Shown here: positions 50,058 through 58,417 of the stretch, piece after piece
Position numbering within the stretch: the stretch's first letter is position 1
How the letters are laid out: each line of letters opens with the position of its first letter
Virus record (IMG/VR): IMGVR_UViG_3300017752_004703
Coordinates: 1 to 60,927 of that record
Reading direction: 5' to 3' (one strand)
DNA: 60,927 nt
Source: a virus
Lineage: Duplodnaviria > Caudoviricetes
Made by a program: the position numbers and the translations under genes
The notes under the pieces: generated by a model
Database searches by the model: none
Seen by the model: only the letters and a program-made list of their open reading frames with translations
Told to the model about the DNA's origin: nothing

Positions 50058-50762
50058 ATGGCCCAAACACCTTTTAACCCTACCCCTGGAGTATCTACGC
50101 ACGAAGATTGTGTAAATACAATTAATGCAAACGTCACTGACGCAGAGAGTAGGCTCGGATCGCTTGAGTCTGCGCCTCCAGCTCACACTCACACGGCTTC
50201 AGAGATCACAGATATCGCCGCAAACTATGCGCCGATTTCGCATACGCATACAGTCTCTCAGATCACAGATATCGCCGCAAACTATGCGCCGATTTCACAC
50301 GCTCATACGGTTGCAGATGTAAACTCTTCCACAGCTGCAAGTGGTTACGTCATGACAGCTGATGGTGGCGGAAATGCAACTTGGGAAGAAGCACAAGGAG
50401 GCGGATTCAGTCTCGCTACGGTTACTACTCCTACATATACTCAAATACCACAACACACTCATCACCTATATGATGATACAGGTCTTGGTGGTGGAGAAAG
50501 CGGTAGCGGTAGTGGTAGCGGTAGCGGTAGTGGCGGCGCAGAACCTTGTATTGTTGTTGGTCTTCTCGACCCAACATTACATGAAGGTATAACTGTTCAC
50601 AAAAAGATAGGTAACGATTGCGATGTTTTGCTTCTTCCTCCTAGTGGATGTACTATTGACGGTGTTGTAAGTGATGGTTTGGTTAGTGGATACACTCTTA
50701 CCAGCCAGAATGAATCTATTTCAATATTCAGCGATGGTGTATCTGGATATTATATACAATAA
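50058..50762 (+). CDS. Fibre-like protein with HxH tail repeats and a (SG)6 tract
   Basis: HTHTASEITD, HTHTVSQITD and HAHTVADV repeats; GGGESGSGSGSGSGSGG. Confidence 0.75.
   Translation: MAQTPFNPTPGVSTHEDCVNTINANVTDAESRLGSLESAPPAHTHTASEITDIAANYAPISHTHTVSQITDIAANYAPISHAHTVADVNSSTAASGYVMTADGGGNATWEEAQGGGFSLATVTTPTYTQIPQHTHHLYDDTGLGGGESGSGSGSGSGSGGAEPCIVVGLLDPTLHEGITVHKKIGNDCDVLLLPPSGCTIDGVVSDGLVSGYTLTSQNESISIFSDGVSGYYIQ
50203..50296 (+). repeat. In-frame tandem repeat, period 57 bp
   Basis: The 37-bp sequence AGATCACAGATATCGCCGCAAACTATGCGCCGATTTC is exact at 50203 and 50260. Confidence 0.9.
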
Positions 50763-51397
50763 TGAGTCACAGTCCTAAATCTCCACCTTTAGCAAAAGCA
50801 ACCGCTGATCTTCCAGAGGTTGAAGACGGTGTGTTGGCTTATGATACCACACAGGGGAAGCCAGTAGCTAGATTAGCTGGTGCTTGGTCTGAGATCGCTG
50901 GCGAGGTTTTTGGAACACCTACTGTCGTATATGATGATGGTGCTGGTGTTGGTAATACAGACCAAGTCCAAGGTGATATACCCGCTGATTGGAAGAAGCA
51001 GGATTCATCCTTAAAAGGATTGGTTATTGGAACGAGTTGTAAGAGTATTGGAGATAATGCTTTTGCTTCTTGCACTGGCATAGTTGGTTCTTTAGTGATC
51101 CCAGATAGCGTGATAACTATTGGTCAATCTGCTTTTGATGCTTTGTGGGGTTTAACTGGTCCCTTAACTATTGGCTCTGGTGTTGAGGAGGTCGGTGATT
51201 TTGTTTTTTTTGATAGTGATTACACAGAAATTAATTGCTATATTACTAGAGATGTTTTAAACAAAGTAAAGTTCCCTGTTACAATTAACAAAACTATTCA
51301 TGTAAGATCAGACGACGATACATGGACAGCTGGTTCTGGGCAAACTCTAGGCACAACTTCAGTATCAACTGGTATTACCGTAATTAAAGATTTATAA
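50762..51397 (+). CDS. Short BspA/LRR_5 protein, paralogue 1
   Basis: MSH..PP start, DSSLKGLVIGTSC, IGxxAF repeats and TWTAGSGQT..GITVIKDL end. Confidence 0.85.
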   Translation: MSHSPKSPPLAKATADLPEVEDGVLAYDTTQGKPVARLAGAWSEIAGEVFGTPTVVYDDGAGVGNTDQVQGDIPADWKKQDSSLKGLVIGTSCKSIGDNAFASCTGIVGSLVIPDSVITIGQSAFDALWGLTGPLTIGSGVEEVGDFVFFDSDYTEINCYITRDVLNKVKFPVTINKTIHVRSDDDTWTAGSGQTLGTTSVSTGITVIKDL

Positions 51398-51411
51398 TAT
51401 AAAAAAACAAA

Positions 51412-51996
51412 ATGAAATATGCAATAACAGACGAAAGAGGTCACATTTACGAAGTTCAAGATACCGAACCAACCGAAGAGCAGTTGGGTGGTTATCTTAT
51501 TTCTCATGAAATTTCTGATGAAGATGCGGCTACTGTTGAGGCTAGTTCTGAAAGCATGTGGTATATCGGTGGTGTTCTTTACGACTTCGATGAATATATC
51601 TATCGCAGTAAAAGAGACTACATGAACCAGAAGATTGATAGAGACTTCAGTGGAGACATTGATGGTGCTAAGAAGCTTCTTAGAGATCACTTTTCAGAGA
51701 AGAGGTACGATGTAGAAGTTGGCGGTCTTGATATGGGTGGGCTTGCAGTTAGAACTGACAGGCTTACAGTTTCTAGAGTTTATCAGGCAGAATCACTAGC
51801 AATATCTGACCCGACTTTCACTACAGATTGGAAGCTTGGTGATGGATCATTCATTACTATTGACGCTACTTTAATCGGTCAACTTTCGGCAGCAATCACA
51901 GCACACATTCAATCTTCATTTGCTCAAGAGAAAGTGGTAAACGCATCTATCGATTCAGCCACCACTATTGACGAGCTTAAATCTATAGAGTGGTAA
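51412..51996 (+). CDS. Tail fibre assembly-like protein (DUF4376-like)
   Basis: KRYDVEVGG..RTD..WKLGDGSFITID..AHIQSSFAQE..DELKSIEW. Confidence 0.75.
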   Translation: MKYAITDERGHIYEVQDTEPTEEQLGGYLISHEISDEDAATVEASSESMWYIGGVLYDFDEYIYRSKRDYMNQKIDRDFSGDIDGAKKLLRDHFSEKRYDVEVGGLDMGGLAVRTDRLTVSRVYQAESLAISDPTFTTDWKLGDGSFITIDATLIGQLSAAITAHIQSSFAQEKVVNASIDSATTIDELKSIEW

Positions 51997-51997
51997 T

Positions 51998-52804
51998 ATG
52001 AGTCACACCTCAAATAATCCTCCAGTAAAATACGCAGCCTCAGATCTTCCTAATGATCTGGCAGAAGGAACTGTTGCTTATGATACAACCAATCAAAAGA
52101 TGGTTGCTTTTAAGCAGGGTGCTTGGGGAGATTTGGGTGGCGCTGGTGGGATAGGAAGTACAACATATGTTAGAGGTAATGCGGCTGGGGTGATTGACCA
52201 AATCCAAGGTGATATACCAGCAGAATGGAAACGTAACGACAGTTCTTTGCGTGGTTTGGTTATTGGTACTAGCTGTAAAGCAATTGGCAAAAGAGCTTTT
52301 CAGGCTGTTGGTAATTTGACAGGGCGAATTGTAATTCCAGGTAGCGTTAAAACTATTGAGTTTAACGCTTTTAGTGCTGCTGGCATTGATGGACTTCATC
52401 TAGAGCCTGGATTGGAATATATAGGTTCAAATTGTTTTTACTCCAACGGCAATTTAATTAATAATTTAATACTTCCAGATGGATTAAAAGAGATTGCTTC
52501 GATGGCTTTTGCCGCCACTAGTTTTTCGTATCTTAAAATACCACCAAGTGTCAATAAACTGAATTTTTCTGAGCCTGGCTGGTCTGGCGGTGGTTATCAA
52601 GGTTCTTTTGCGTCGATTTATCTTTTAACTAGGGTTGATTGCTATGTCACTAAAAACATCATTGATATGAATGAAGGTAGCTGTTTTGGTGGTTGTGAAA
52701 ACCTCACTGAAATACATGTTCGCTCTACCGACAGCACATGGACAGCTGGTTCTGGTCAAACCGTCGGAGGAAAGACGGGCATCACCGTAATTAAAGATTT
52801 ATAA
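51998..52804 (+). CDS. Short BspA/LRR_5 protein, paralogue 2
   Basis: Same conserved ends as paralogue 1, with a longer LRR core. Confidence 0.85.
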   Translation: MSHTSNNPPVKYAASDLPNDLAEGTVAYDTTNQKMVAFKQGAWGDLGGAGGIGSTTYVRGNAAGVIDQIQGDIPAEWKRNDSSLRGLVIGTSCKAIGKRAFQAVGNLTGRIVIPGSVKTIEFNAFSAAGIDGLHLEPGLEYIGSNCFYSNGNLINNLILPDGLKEIASMAFAATSFSYLKIPPSVNKLNFSEPGWSGGGYQGSFASIYLLTRVDCYVTKNIIDMNEGSCFGGCENLTEIHVRSTDSTWTAGSGQTVGGKTGITVIKDL

Positions 52805-52805
52805 T

Positions 52806-53435
52806 ATGTCGCACACATCTAAATTCCCACCATTAAAATACACTACCGCAACTCTTCCCACAGATTTGCCAGTGGGGACCGTTGCTCTTGACGCCACCAC
52901 AAACGAACACAAATCTTTTAACGGATCATCGTGGGATGCTATAGAAGGGGGTGGTGACATTGGAACTGCAACTATTGTTTTTGATTCTACTGGTCCAGCT
53001 TATGACCAAATCGCAGGAGATATACCAGTTTATTGGAAGAAGCTTGATTCATCCTTAAAAGGATTGGTTATTGGAACAAGTTGTAGGAGTATTGGGAGCT
53101 ATGCTTTTGATAGTTGCCAAGGCTTAACTGGTTCTTTGGCGATTCCAGACAGTGTGATAAGTATTGGGAGGGAGGCTTTTTATAGTTGCATTAACTTAAC
53201 TTCATTAACCATTGGAAATAGTGTTACGAGTATTGGGATTAGTGCTTTTTTTCTTTGCTCTGGCTTAACCAATATTGATTGTTACGTTGAGAAAAGCGTG
53301 TTCAATAATACGTCTGCTCTTAACGATAGTGGCGTCACAACTATTCACGTTCGTTCAACTGACAGCACTTGGACTGCTGGTGCTGGACAAACCATCGGAA
53401 GCAAGACAGGCATCACCGTAATTAAAGATTTATAG
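52806..53435 (+). CDS. Short BspA/LRR_5 protein, paralogue 3
   Basis: Same conserved ends; canonical IPDSVISIGREAFYSCINLTSLTIGNSVTSIG repeats. Confidence 0.85.
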   Translation: MSHTSKFPPLKYTTATLPTDLPVGTVALDATTNEHKSFNGSSWDAIEGGGDIGTATIVFDSTGPAYDQIAGDIPVYWKKLDSSLKGLVIGTSCRSIGSYAFDSCQGLTGSLAIPDSVISIGREAFYSCINLTSLTIGNSVTSIGISAFFLCSGLTNIDCYVEKSVFNNTSALNDSGVTTIHVRSTDSTWTAGAGQTIGSKTGITVIKDL

Positions 53436-53436
53436 G

Positions 53437-53465
53437 TTGAAAAAACCCAATAGTTTCATTATAAT
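53437..53465 (+). promoter_or_regulatory. Sigma70-like promoter (near-leaderless)
   Basis: TTGAAA-N17-TATAAT, with the ATG at 53471 five nt downstream. Confidence 0.65.
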
Positions 53466-53470
53466 GATTG

Positions 53471-55198
53471 ATGAATGAAGCTAAAAAACTACCAGTATTT
53501 TTTCACATTCCTAAGAATGCTGGGACTTACGTTTACAACGTTTCTTTCCGTTTAATTGGCTCGAAACTTGATGTTGGAGGCAAGTTATACAACCTTCAAG
53601 TACAAAAGGGTGACCGTATAGTATATCGTTTGATTTGCTCTGCTAAAAATGGACTAAGCGACAAATATAAACTCATGAACAATGCGGGTTGGGTCGTTGT
53701 CCAGTACGATGATTTGAATTTAGATGATCTTAATCTGTATTTTGTGGAGGTATGTTCTTCTAGTTTTGGTTGTTATAAAGAAGAAGTGTATTGTAACCTT
53801 CCAAATGATACGGAGCCTTATGAATTTCTGATACTAAGAGAGCCCTACAGTAGAATCTTATCTATCTATAGCTATTTAACATCTCCTCAATCATCGCATG
53901 AATTAACGAGCGGTTCTTTTGGAGATAAAACATTTATAGAATATCTCAACTCAGATCAACTTGAGAATTCTTGGTTGATTAAATCTTTCTTGAACATACC
54001 TCATGATACCATAATAAATGAAGATCACTATAGAGCTACCTGTGATATACTTGATGATATGTTTGTTTCTGACATAAGCGATACAGATCTTTGTCTTTCT
54101 AATGTATTTAACAAATGCTATGGTTTTAAGAATATAGATATACCAAACCAAAAGATACACCCTAATAAAACCAGCAAAAAAATAGAACAGCCGTTCAAAA
54201 CCTTGGACAAACCCACGAAGATGCACTTTAGCAATCAAACAAAATGGGACAGTCTTCTTTATGAAAAGTTTGCCAACATGAAAATCATAGATGAAAAACA
54301 AACGAAAGGTAAGGTCATAAATTGCTTTTATGAAGGTTCAAATGGCGGCTTTGGAGATTTCTTAAGGGGTTCTGTCAACTTATTTAACCACTGCATGAGT
54401 AATGGGCGTGATTTTGATATAAATATAAATAAACACCCAATTAAAAAATACTTCAAACCATCAGAAAGTATTCATAAACAATTTGATATAGATGATCTGG
54501 CTTTAAAAGCTGAAGGCATAAAGCACTTCATACACTCTTTAAAAAAACTAACGCAAAACTGTATAATCTCAACCAAACAGGAGGAAACAAAATACATTTT
54601 TTCAAATTATCACCCATGTTTGACAGACAGTAACAATATTATAAACTACCTCAACTCAATGCCGTCGATCAATAACAGGTGCTGTGCTTTTCTTCAAAAA
54701 AGATTGCAATTTACAGATCAAATTAACAGCTCTGTTGGTGATTGCTTGAAACAAGAAGGTTTAAAGCCTGTTGGGTATAACATTATCCATTTTAGATTGG
54801 GAGATCAAAACAGTTTTTCTAATCATGGTAAAAATTTAGAAGAATTACACAAAGAATGTTTTGTTAAATGCTTCCTAAAATCAAATGAGGACGACAAGCC
54901 TATAATAGTTTTATCAGACTCAAACGATCTAAAAAAATACTTAAAAGAAAACAACAAATCATTACCAATTCACATCCTTCATTTACAAAGCAACCATATG
55001 CAAAGCAAGCCTTCTGGGTTTTCTGGCGAGATAAAAACAACTGATGATGGTGTTTTTCACGCTGTTTTTGATATGAAACTAATAACATTAGCAAATTCTG
55101 TGGAGTCTTATAGTGTATATAAACACGGATCTGGCTTTATTTATTGGATTGCTAAGATATTCGGGGTCCCAGTTAAACTAAACTTAATTAATGCTTAA
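53471..55198 (+). CDS. Sulfotransferase fused to a fucosyltransferase-like (NodZ/GT23/GT11-type) domain
   Basis: N-half has FFHIPKNAGT and LREPYSRILSIY; C-half has GGFGDFLRG, IIHFRLGD, VLSDS and GSGF. Confidence 0.75.
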   Translation: MNEAKKLPVFFHIPKNAGTYVYNVSFRLIGSKLDVGGKLYNLQVQKGDRIVYRLICSAKNGLSDKYKLMNNAGWVVVQYDDLNLDDLNLYFVEVCSSSFGCYKEEVYCNLPNDTEPYEFLILREPYSRILSIYSYLTSPQSSHELTSGSFGDKTFIEYLNSDQLENSWLIKSFLNIPHDTIINEDHYRATCDILDDMFVSDISDTDLCLSNVFNKCYGFKNIDIPNQKIHPNKTSKKIEQPFKTLDKPTKMHFSNQTKWDSLLYEKFANMKIIDEKQTKGKVINCFYEGSNGGFGDFLRGSVNLFNHCMSNGRDFDININKHPIKKYFKPSESIHKQFDIDDLALKAEGIKHFIHSLKKLTQNCIISTKQEETKYIFSNYHPCLTDSNNIINYLNSMPSINNRCCAFLQKRLQFTDQINSSVGDCLKQEGLKPVGYNIIHFRLGDQNSFSNHGKNLEELHKECFVKCFLKSNEDDKPIIVLSDSNDLKKYLKENNKSLPIHILHLQSNHMQSKPSGFSGEIKTTDDGVFHAVFDMKLITLANSVESYSVYKHGSGFIYWIAKIFGVPVKLNLINA

Positions 55199-55228
55199 AG
55201 ATATCTACAGTCTAAAAAAATCCCTATC

Positions 55229-55798
55229 ATGAAAAAAGTTTTACTCTATGGAAATTGCCAATTAGCCCAATTGGGTAGGTGTTTTTTTTCACCATATTTT
55301 GAAGTCTTAAAGCCAGATAAATATGGTATTGAGGTTGCTGAAAAATGGCACAATTATGTGTTTTTCCCTAAGTTCGCGCTTAAAAACGAAGGGTTGCAAA
55401 AAGCTTTAAACGATTGCGATTATTTTTTATTTCAACACACACACAATCCCAATTTCACAAGCTCAAAAGAGTTATATGACAAGTGTGAAAAGCCTAAATT
55501 ATGTTTGCCAAATTTTAGATTAACATTGAATGATCCAGAGTTAAATGATAAAGAGATAAAAGAATCCTACAGAAGGAAGGCTATAGCTGAAGATAATTAT
55601 GGGAAAGACGCCTTAGATTTAACTGATTGGATTAAATCAAAGAATGAGAGATGGGGCGAATTCTATCAATTAACTGAAAACCTTACAGCGCATCCTTCTG
55701 GTCTTTATTACAATAAACTATCGAAGGAAATAAATAGAAAGTTAAGCTTAAATTTGGAACCTCTAAACAAAGACCAACTATATCACAGGAAAGGTTAA
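55229..55798 (+). CDS. WcbI-like polysaccharide biosynthesis protein (putative acetyltransferase)
   Basis: LLYGNCQ, CDYFLFQ and C-terminal HPS motifs. Confidence 0.65.
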   Translation: MKKVLLYGNCQLAQLGRCFFSPYFEVLKPDKYGIEVAEKWHNYVFFPKFALKNEGLQKALNDCDYFLFQHTHNPNFTSSKELYDKCEKPKLCLPNFRLTLNDPELNDKEIKESYRRKAIAEDNYGKDALDLTDWIKSKNERWGEFYQLTENLTAHPSGLYYNKLSKEINRKLSLNLEPLNKDQLYHRKG

Positions 55799-55805
55799 TA
55801 AAAAA

Positions 55806-56462
55806 ATGCTAATTTCTCATACACATAAATTCTTAACCATAGATATACCTAAAACTGGCACGAAGACTATAAGAGAAACTCTTGTAGGCTCTTTAGATTT
55901 TGTGGGTAAAGATAAAAACCAACACATTGGCATAAAAAAATGCAAGAATTTTTTTATAGATAACGGGCTTCCATTTGAAGATTATTTCAAGTTCTCTACA
56001 GTCAGAAATCCTTGGGAAAGGTATGTTTCTTTTTGTTCTTATATCTTTGATAGAGTATTGTTTTGCGAAAATCATATGGATTCGCTGGATGAAAAATCAG
56101 AACCATATAAAAGATTAATGAGACAGTATAATTGCTACGTTAATCTTATCGATAAAGCTGGCAAGGAGAGAAAAAATTTAATAAAAAACCTCATAAAAAC
56201 TATACCAACTCAATACGATTTTCTTAAAGAATCAGATGGCTCTGTGCAAATGGATATGATAGCCACTACAGAAAACCTCAATGAAGACATAAAAATTTTT
56301 TGTGAAAAGGTCGGCATAAAAGAAGAGTTAAAAATTCCACACGCCAATAAAAGTTCTAGATCAGAACCTATTAAAAATTATTACACTCAAGAATTAATTG
56401 ACATGGTTGCTGAAAAAGAAAAATGGGTAATAGACGAGTTTGGCTACAATTTTCCAGAATGA
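55806..56462 (+). CDS. Sulfotransferase (Sulfotransfer_2-like)
   Basis: TIDIPKTGTKTI, FSTVRNPWERYVS, ENLNED and FGY. Confidence 0.88.
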   Translation: MLISHTHKFLTIDIPKTGTKTIRETLVGSLDFVGKDKNQHIGIKKCKNFFIDNGLPFEDYFKFSTVRNPWERYVSFCSYIFDRVLFCENHMDSLDEKSEPYKRLMRQYNCYVNLIDKAGKERKNLIKNLIKTIPTQYDFLKESDGSVQMDMIATTENLNEDIKIFCEKVGIKEELKIPHANKSSRSEPIKNYYTQELIDMVAEKEKWVIDEFGYNFPE

Positions 56463-56593
56463 AAAAATTTTCAAAACGGAAATTCCTCCCTTATACACAT
56501 ATAATATTCTCATGTGAAAAATAAATGCAACTTTTTCACTTAAAATGTATACTCAACATTGAGTTAAAATAGTATACATGTTGCTTATGTTTT

Positions 56594-56599
56594 GTGTAA
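56594..56599 (+). promoter_or_regulatory. GTGTA motif before structural operon
   Basis: TTT-GTGTA-ATATACTTAT-ATG. Confidence 0.5.
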
Positions 56600-56608
56600 T
56601 ATACTTAT

Positions 56609-56953
56609 ATGAGTTGTGACAGCAATAAAACCATAACAGAAATCAAAAGAGGCTCTACTTTCGAGCAGACAATTACTTGCTTAGATGAGTCAGATGTAGC
56701 CGTGAACCTTAGTGGTTGGACAGTGGAAAGTGATTTAAAGCAGTCTGCGAGTGAAGATACTTTGCTTTCATTCGCTATCGAAAGCGGTGGTTTTGCTAGT
56801 GGAATTGTTGGAATTTCTGCAACTCCAGCACAAACACTAACCCTTCCTGCTGATTACAACCTTCAATATGATATAAAATTCACTGAGCCTAGCAGCTCGG
56901 TTTATTATACTGAAACATTGTATTTAAAAACCAGCAGACACATCACAGACTAA
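56609..56953 (+). CDS. Putative structural adaptor protein (BppU N-terminal-like)
   Basis: IKRGSTF..VNLSGWT..QTLTL..YDI pattern. Confidence 0.6.
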   Translation: MSCDSNKTITEIKRGSTFEQTITCLDESDVAVNLSGWTVESDLKQSASEDTLLSFAIESGGFASGIVGISATPAQTLTLPADYNLQYDIKFTEPSSSVYYTETLYLKTSRHITD

Positions 56954-58416
56954 TGGCTGATCCTATAACAGTTAAGATAACGAATTTAAACAGCCCAATA
57001 GCCACTGTAAAAGTGTCTAACAAGGTCGCTGAAAGTGCTGTAACCTCTGTTGCTGGTAGAGTCGGTGATATTTTACTAACTCAGGCTGATGTCGCTGGAC
57101 TTGAGAATGTAAATAACACTTCGGATTTAAATAAGCCTGTAAGTACAGCTACTCAAGCAGCAATAGATACTATATCTCTAACTCCTGGGCCCATTGGCGA
57201 AACAGGTCCTATCGGACCTAGTGGAATCCAGGGTCTTATTGGACCTAGCGGAAGTGCAGGTTTAACGGGTCCTAGTGGGATTCAGGGTCCTGTCGGACCT
57301 AGCGGAAGTATAGGCTTAACAGGCCCTAGTGGATTGCAGGGTCTTGTCGGACCTGTTGGTCCTAGCGGAAGTATTGGTTTAACTGGTCCATCTGGTGCAG
57401 ATGCAGTTGTAGACAATACTCCTTATGGTTTATCTTGGAGCGGGGATATTACTCAAGCCGCAACAAGAGACGCTCTTTACGATAAACTAGAAACATTTTC
57501 TTTAAGTGGTCATCAACACGTTGTTGCAGACATAACCGATCTTCTGACTGGAGAAATTTCACTAACCAATAAAACACTAGCAGATTCAAGTAATACAATA
57601 CATGCTGATCAATTGCATTTCAGGGTAAAAGCGGACGAATCCTTGCTTAAAGGACAACCAGTTAAATACGACAGCTTTAACATAGGGGAAAATGCTATCA
57701 ATGTCAGTTTATCCAACCAACTGACAGACGTTACTATAGGTTTAGCAGAAGAGAATATATCTCAAGGATCTTTTGGTAATATAATTACAGCTGGTGTTTT
57801 AGATCATACAGATACGCAGGATTTTAACGAAGGGGAGATACTCTATGTTGATGGTCTTGGTCAGCTTACAGGAGTCGAGCCTACAAGCGGTTACTCTCAA
57901 CCAATAGCTATATGCTTGAAAAGCCAACAAAATAATGGGTCTTTACAAGTCCTAGCGTCTTACCCTAAACAGCCATCTACAGATGTAAGAAACGATTCTA
58001 ACGTTTCTGGGGTAAATGTAACAGAGGCTCTTGATAATTTAAACACATCAATACAAAGCATTAAAGATAGTATTGGATTTGCTTGTAGTGATGAAACATC
58101 TCCATTATCTGTCGGGCAAGCTATAGCTACAGACATGCCTTATGACATGCTTGTAAGCAGAGTCTATACAAGTTTAACTGCTACTGGATCTTTAAGTGCT
58201 ACCACGATAGATATTAAACAAGAAGGCTCTTCCATATTGGATTCAACGCTATCTATAAGTGCTGGAGCTAACAACGCAGAAACCAATGTATTTAGTGGTT
58301 CGGCTTCTACATTCTCTCTATCTAAAGGAGATCTACTTACTGTAGATATAACAGCTATAGATACAGCAGGAACAGATGCGGGATTAAAAGTTTACCTAGA
58401 AGGGGAAATTAATTAA
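56953..58416 (+). CDS. Collagen-like fibre protein
   Basis: VTSVAGRVG and GLENVNNTSDLNKPVSTATQAA fibre motifs, 24 G-X-Y triplets (57187-57402), an HxH repeat and a C-terminal beta domain. Confidence 0.85.
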   Translation: MADPITVKITNLNSPIATVKVSNKVAESAVTSVAGRVGDILLTQADVAGLENVNNTSDLNKPVSTATQAAIDTISLTPGPIGETGPIGPSGIQGLIGPSGSAGLTGPSGIQGPVGPSGSIGLTGPSGLQGLVGPVGPSGSIGLTGPSGADAVVDNTPYGLSWSGDITQAATRDALYDKLETFSLSGHQHVVADITDLLTGEISLTNKTLADSSNTIHADQLHFRVKADESLLKGQPVKYDSFNIGENAINVSLSNQLTDVTIGLAEENISQGSFGNIITAGVLDHTDTQDFNEGEILYVDGLGQLTGVEPTSGYSQPIAICLKSQQNNGSLQVLASYPKQPSTDVRNDSNVSGVNVTEALDNLNTSIQSIKDSIGFACSDETSPLSVGQAIATDMPYDMLVSRVYTSLTATGSLSATTIDIKQEGSSILDSTLSISAGANNAETNVFSGSASTFSLSKGDLLTVDITAIDTAGTDAGLKVYLEGEIN

Positions 58417-58417
58417 A

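Noticed and set aside
50203-50296. 37-bp direct repeat as a CRISPR array
   Set aside because: There are only two copies, the period is a multiple of three, and they encode HxH fibre repeats.
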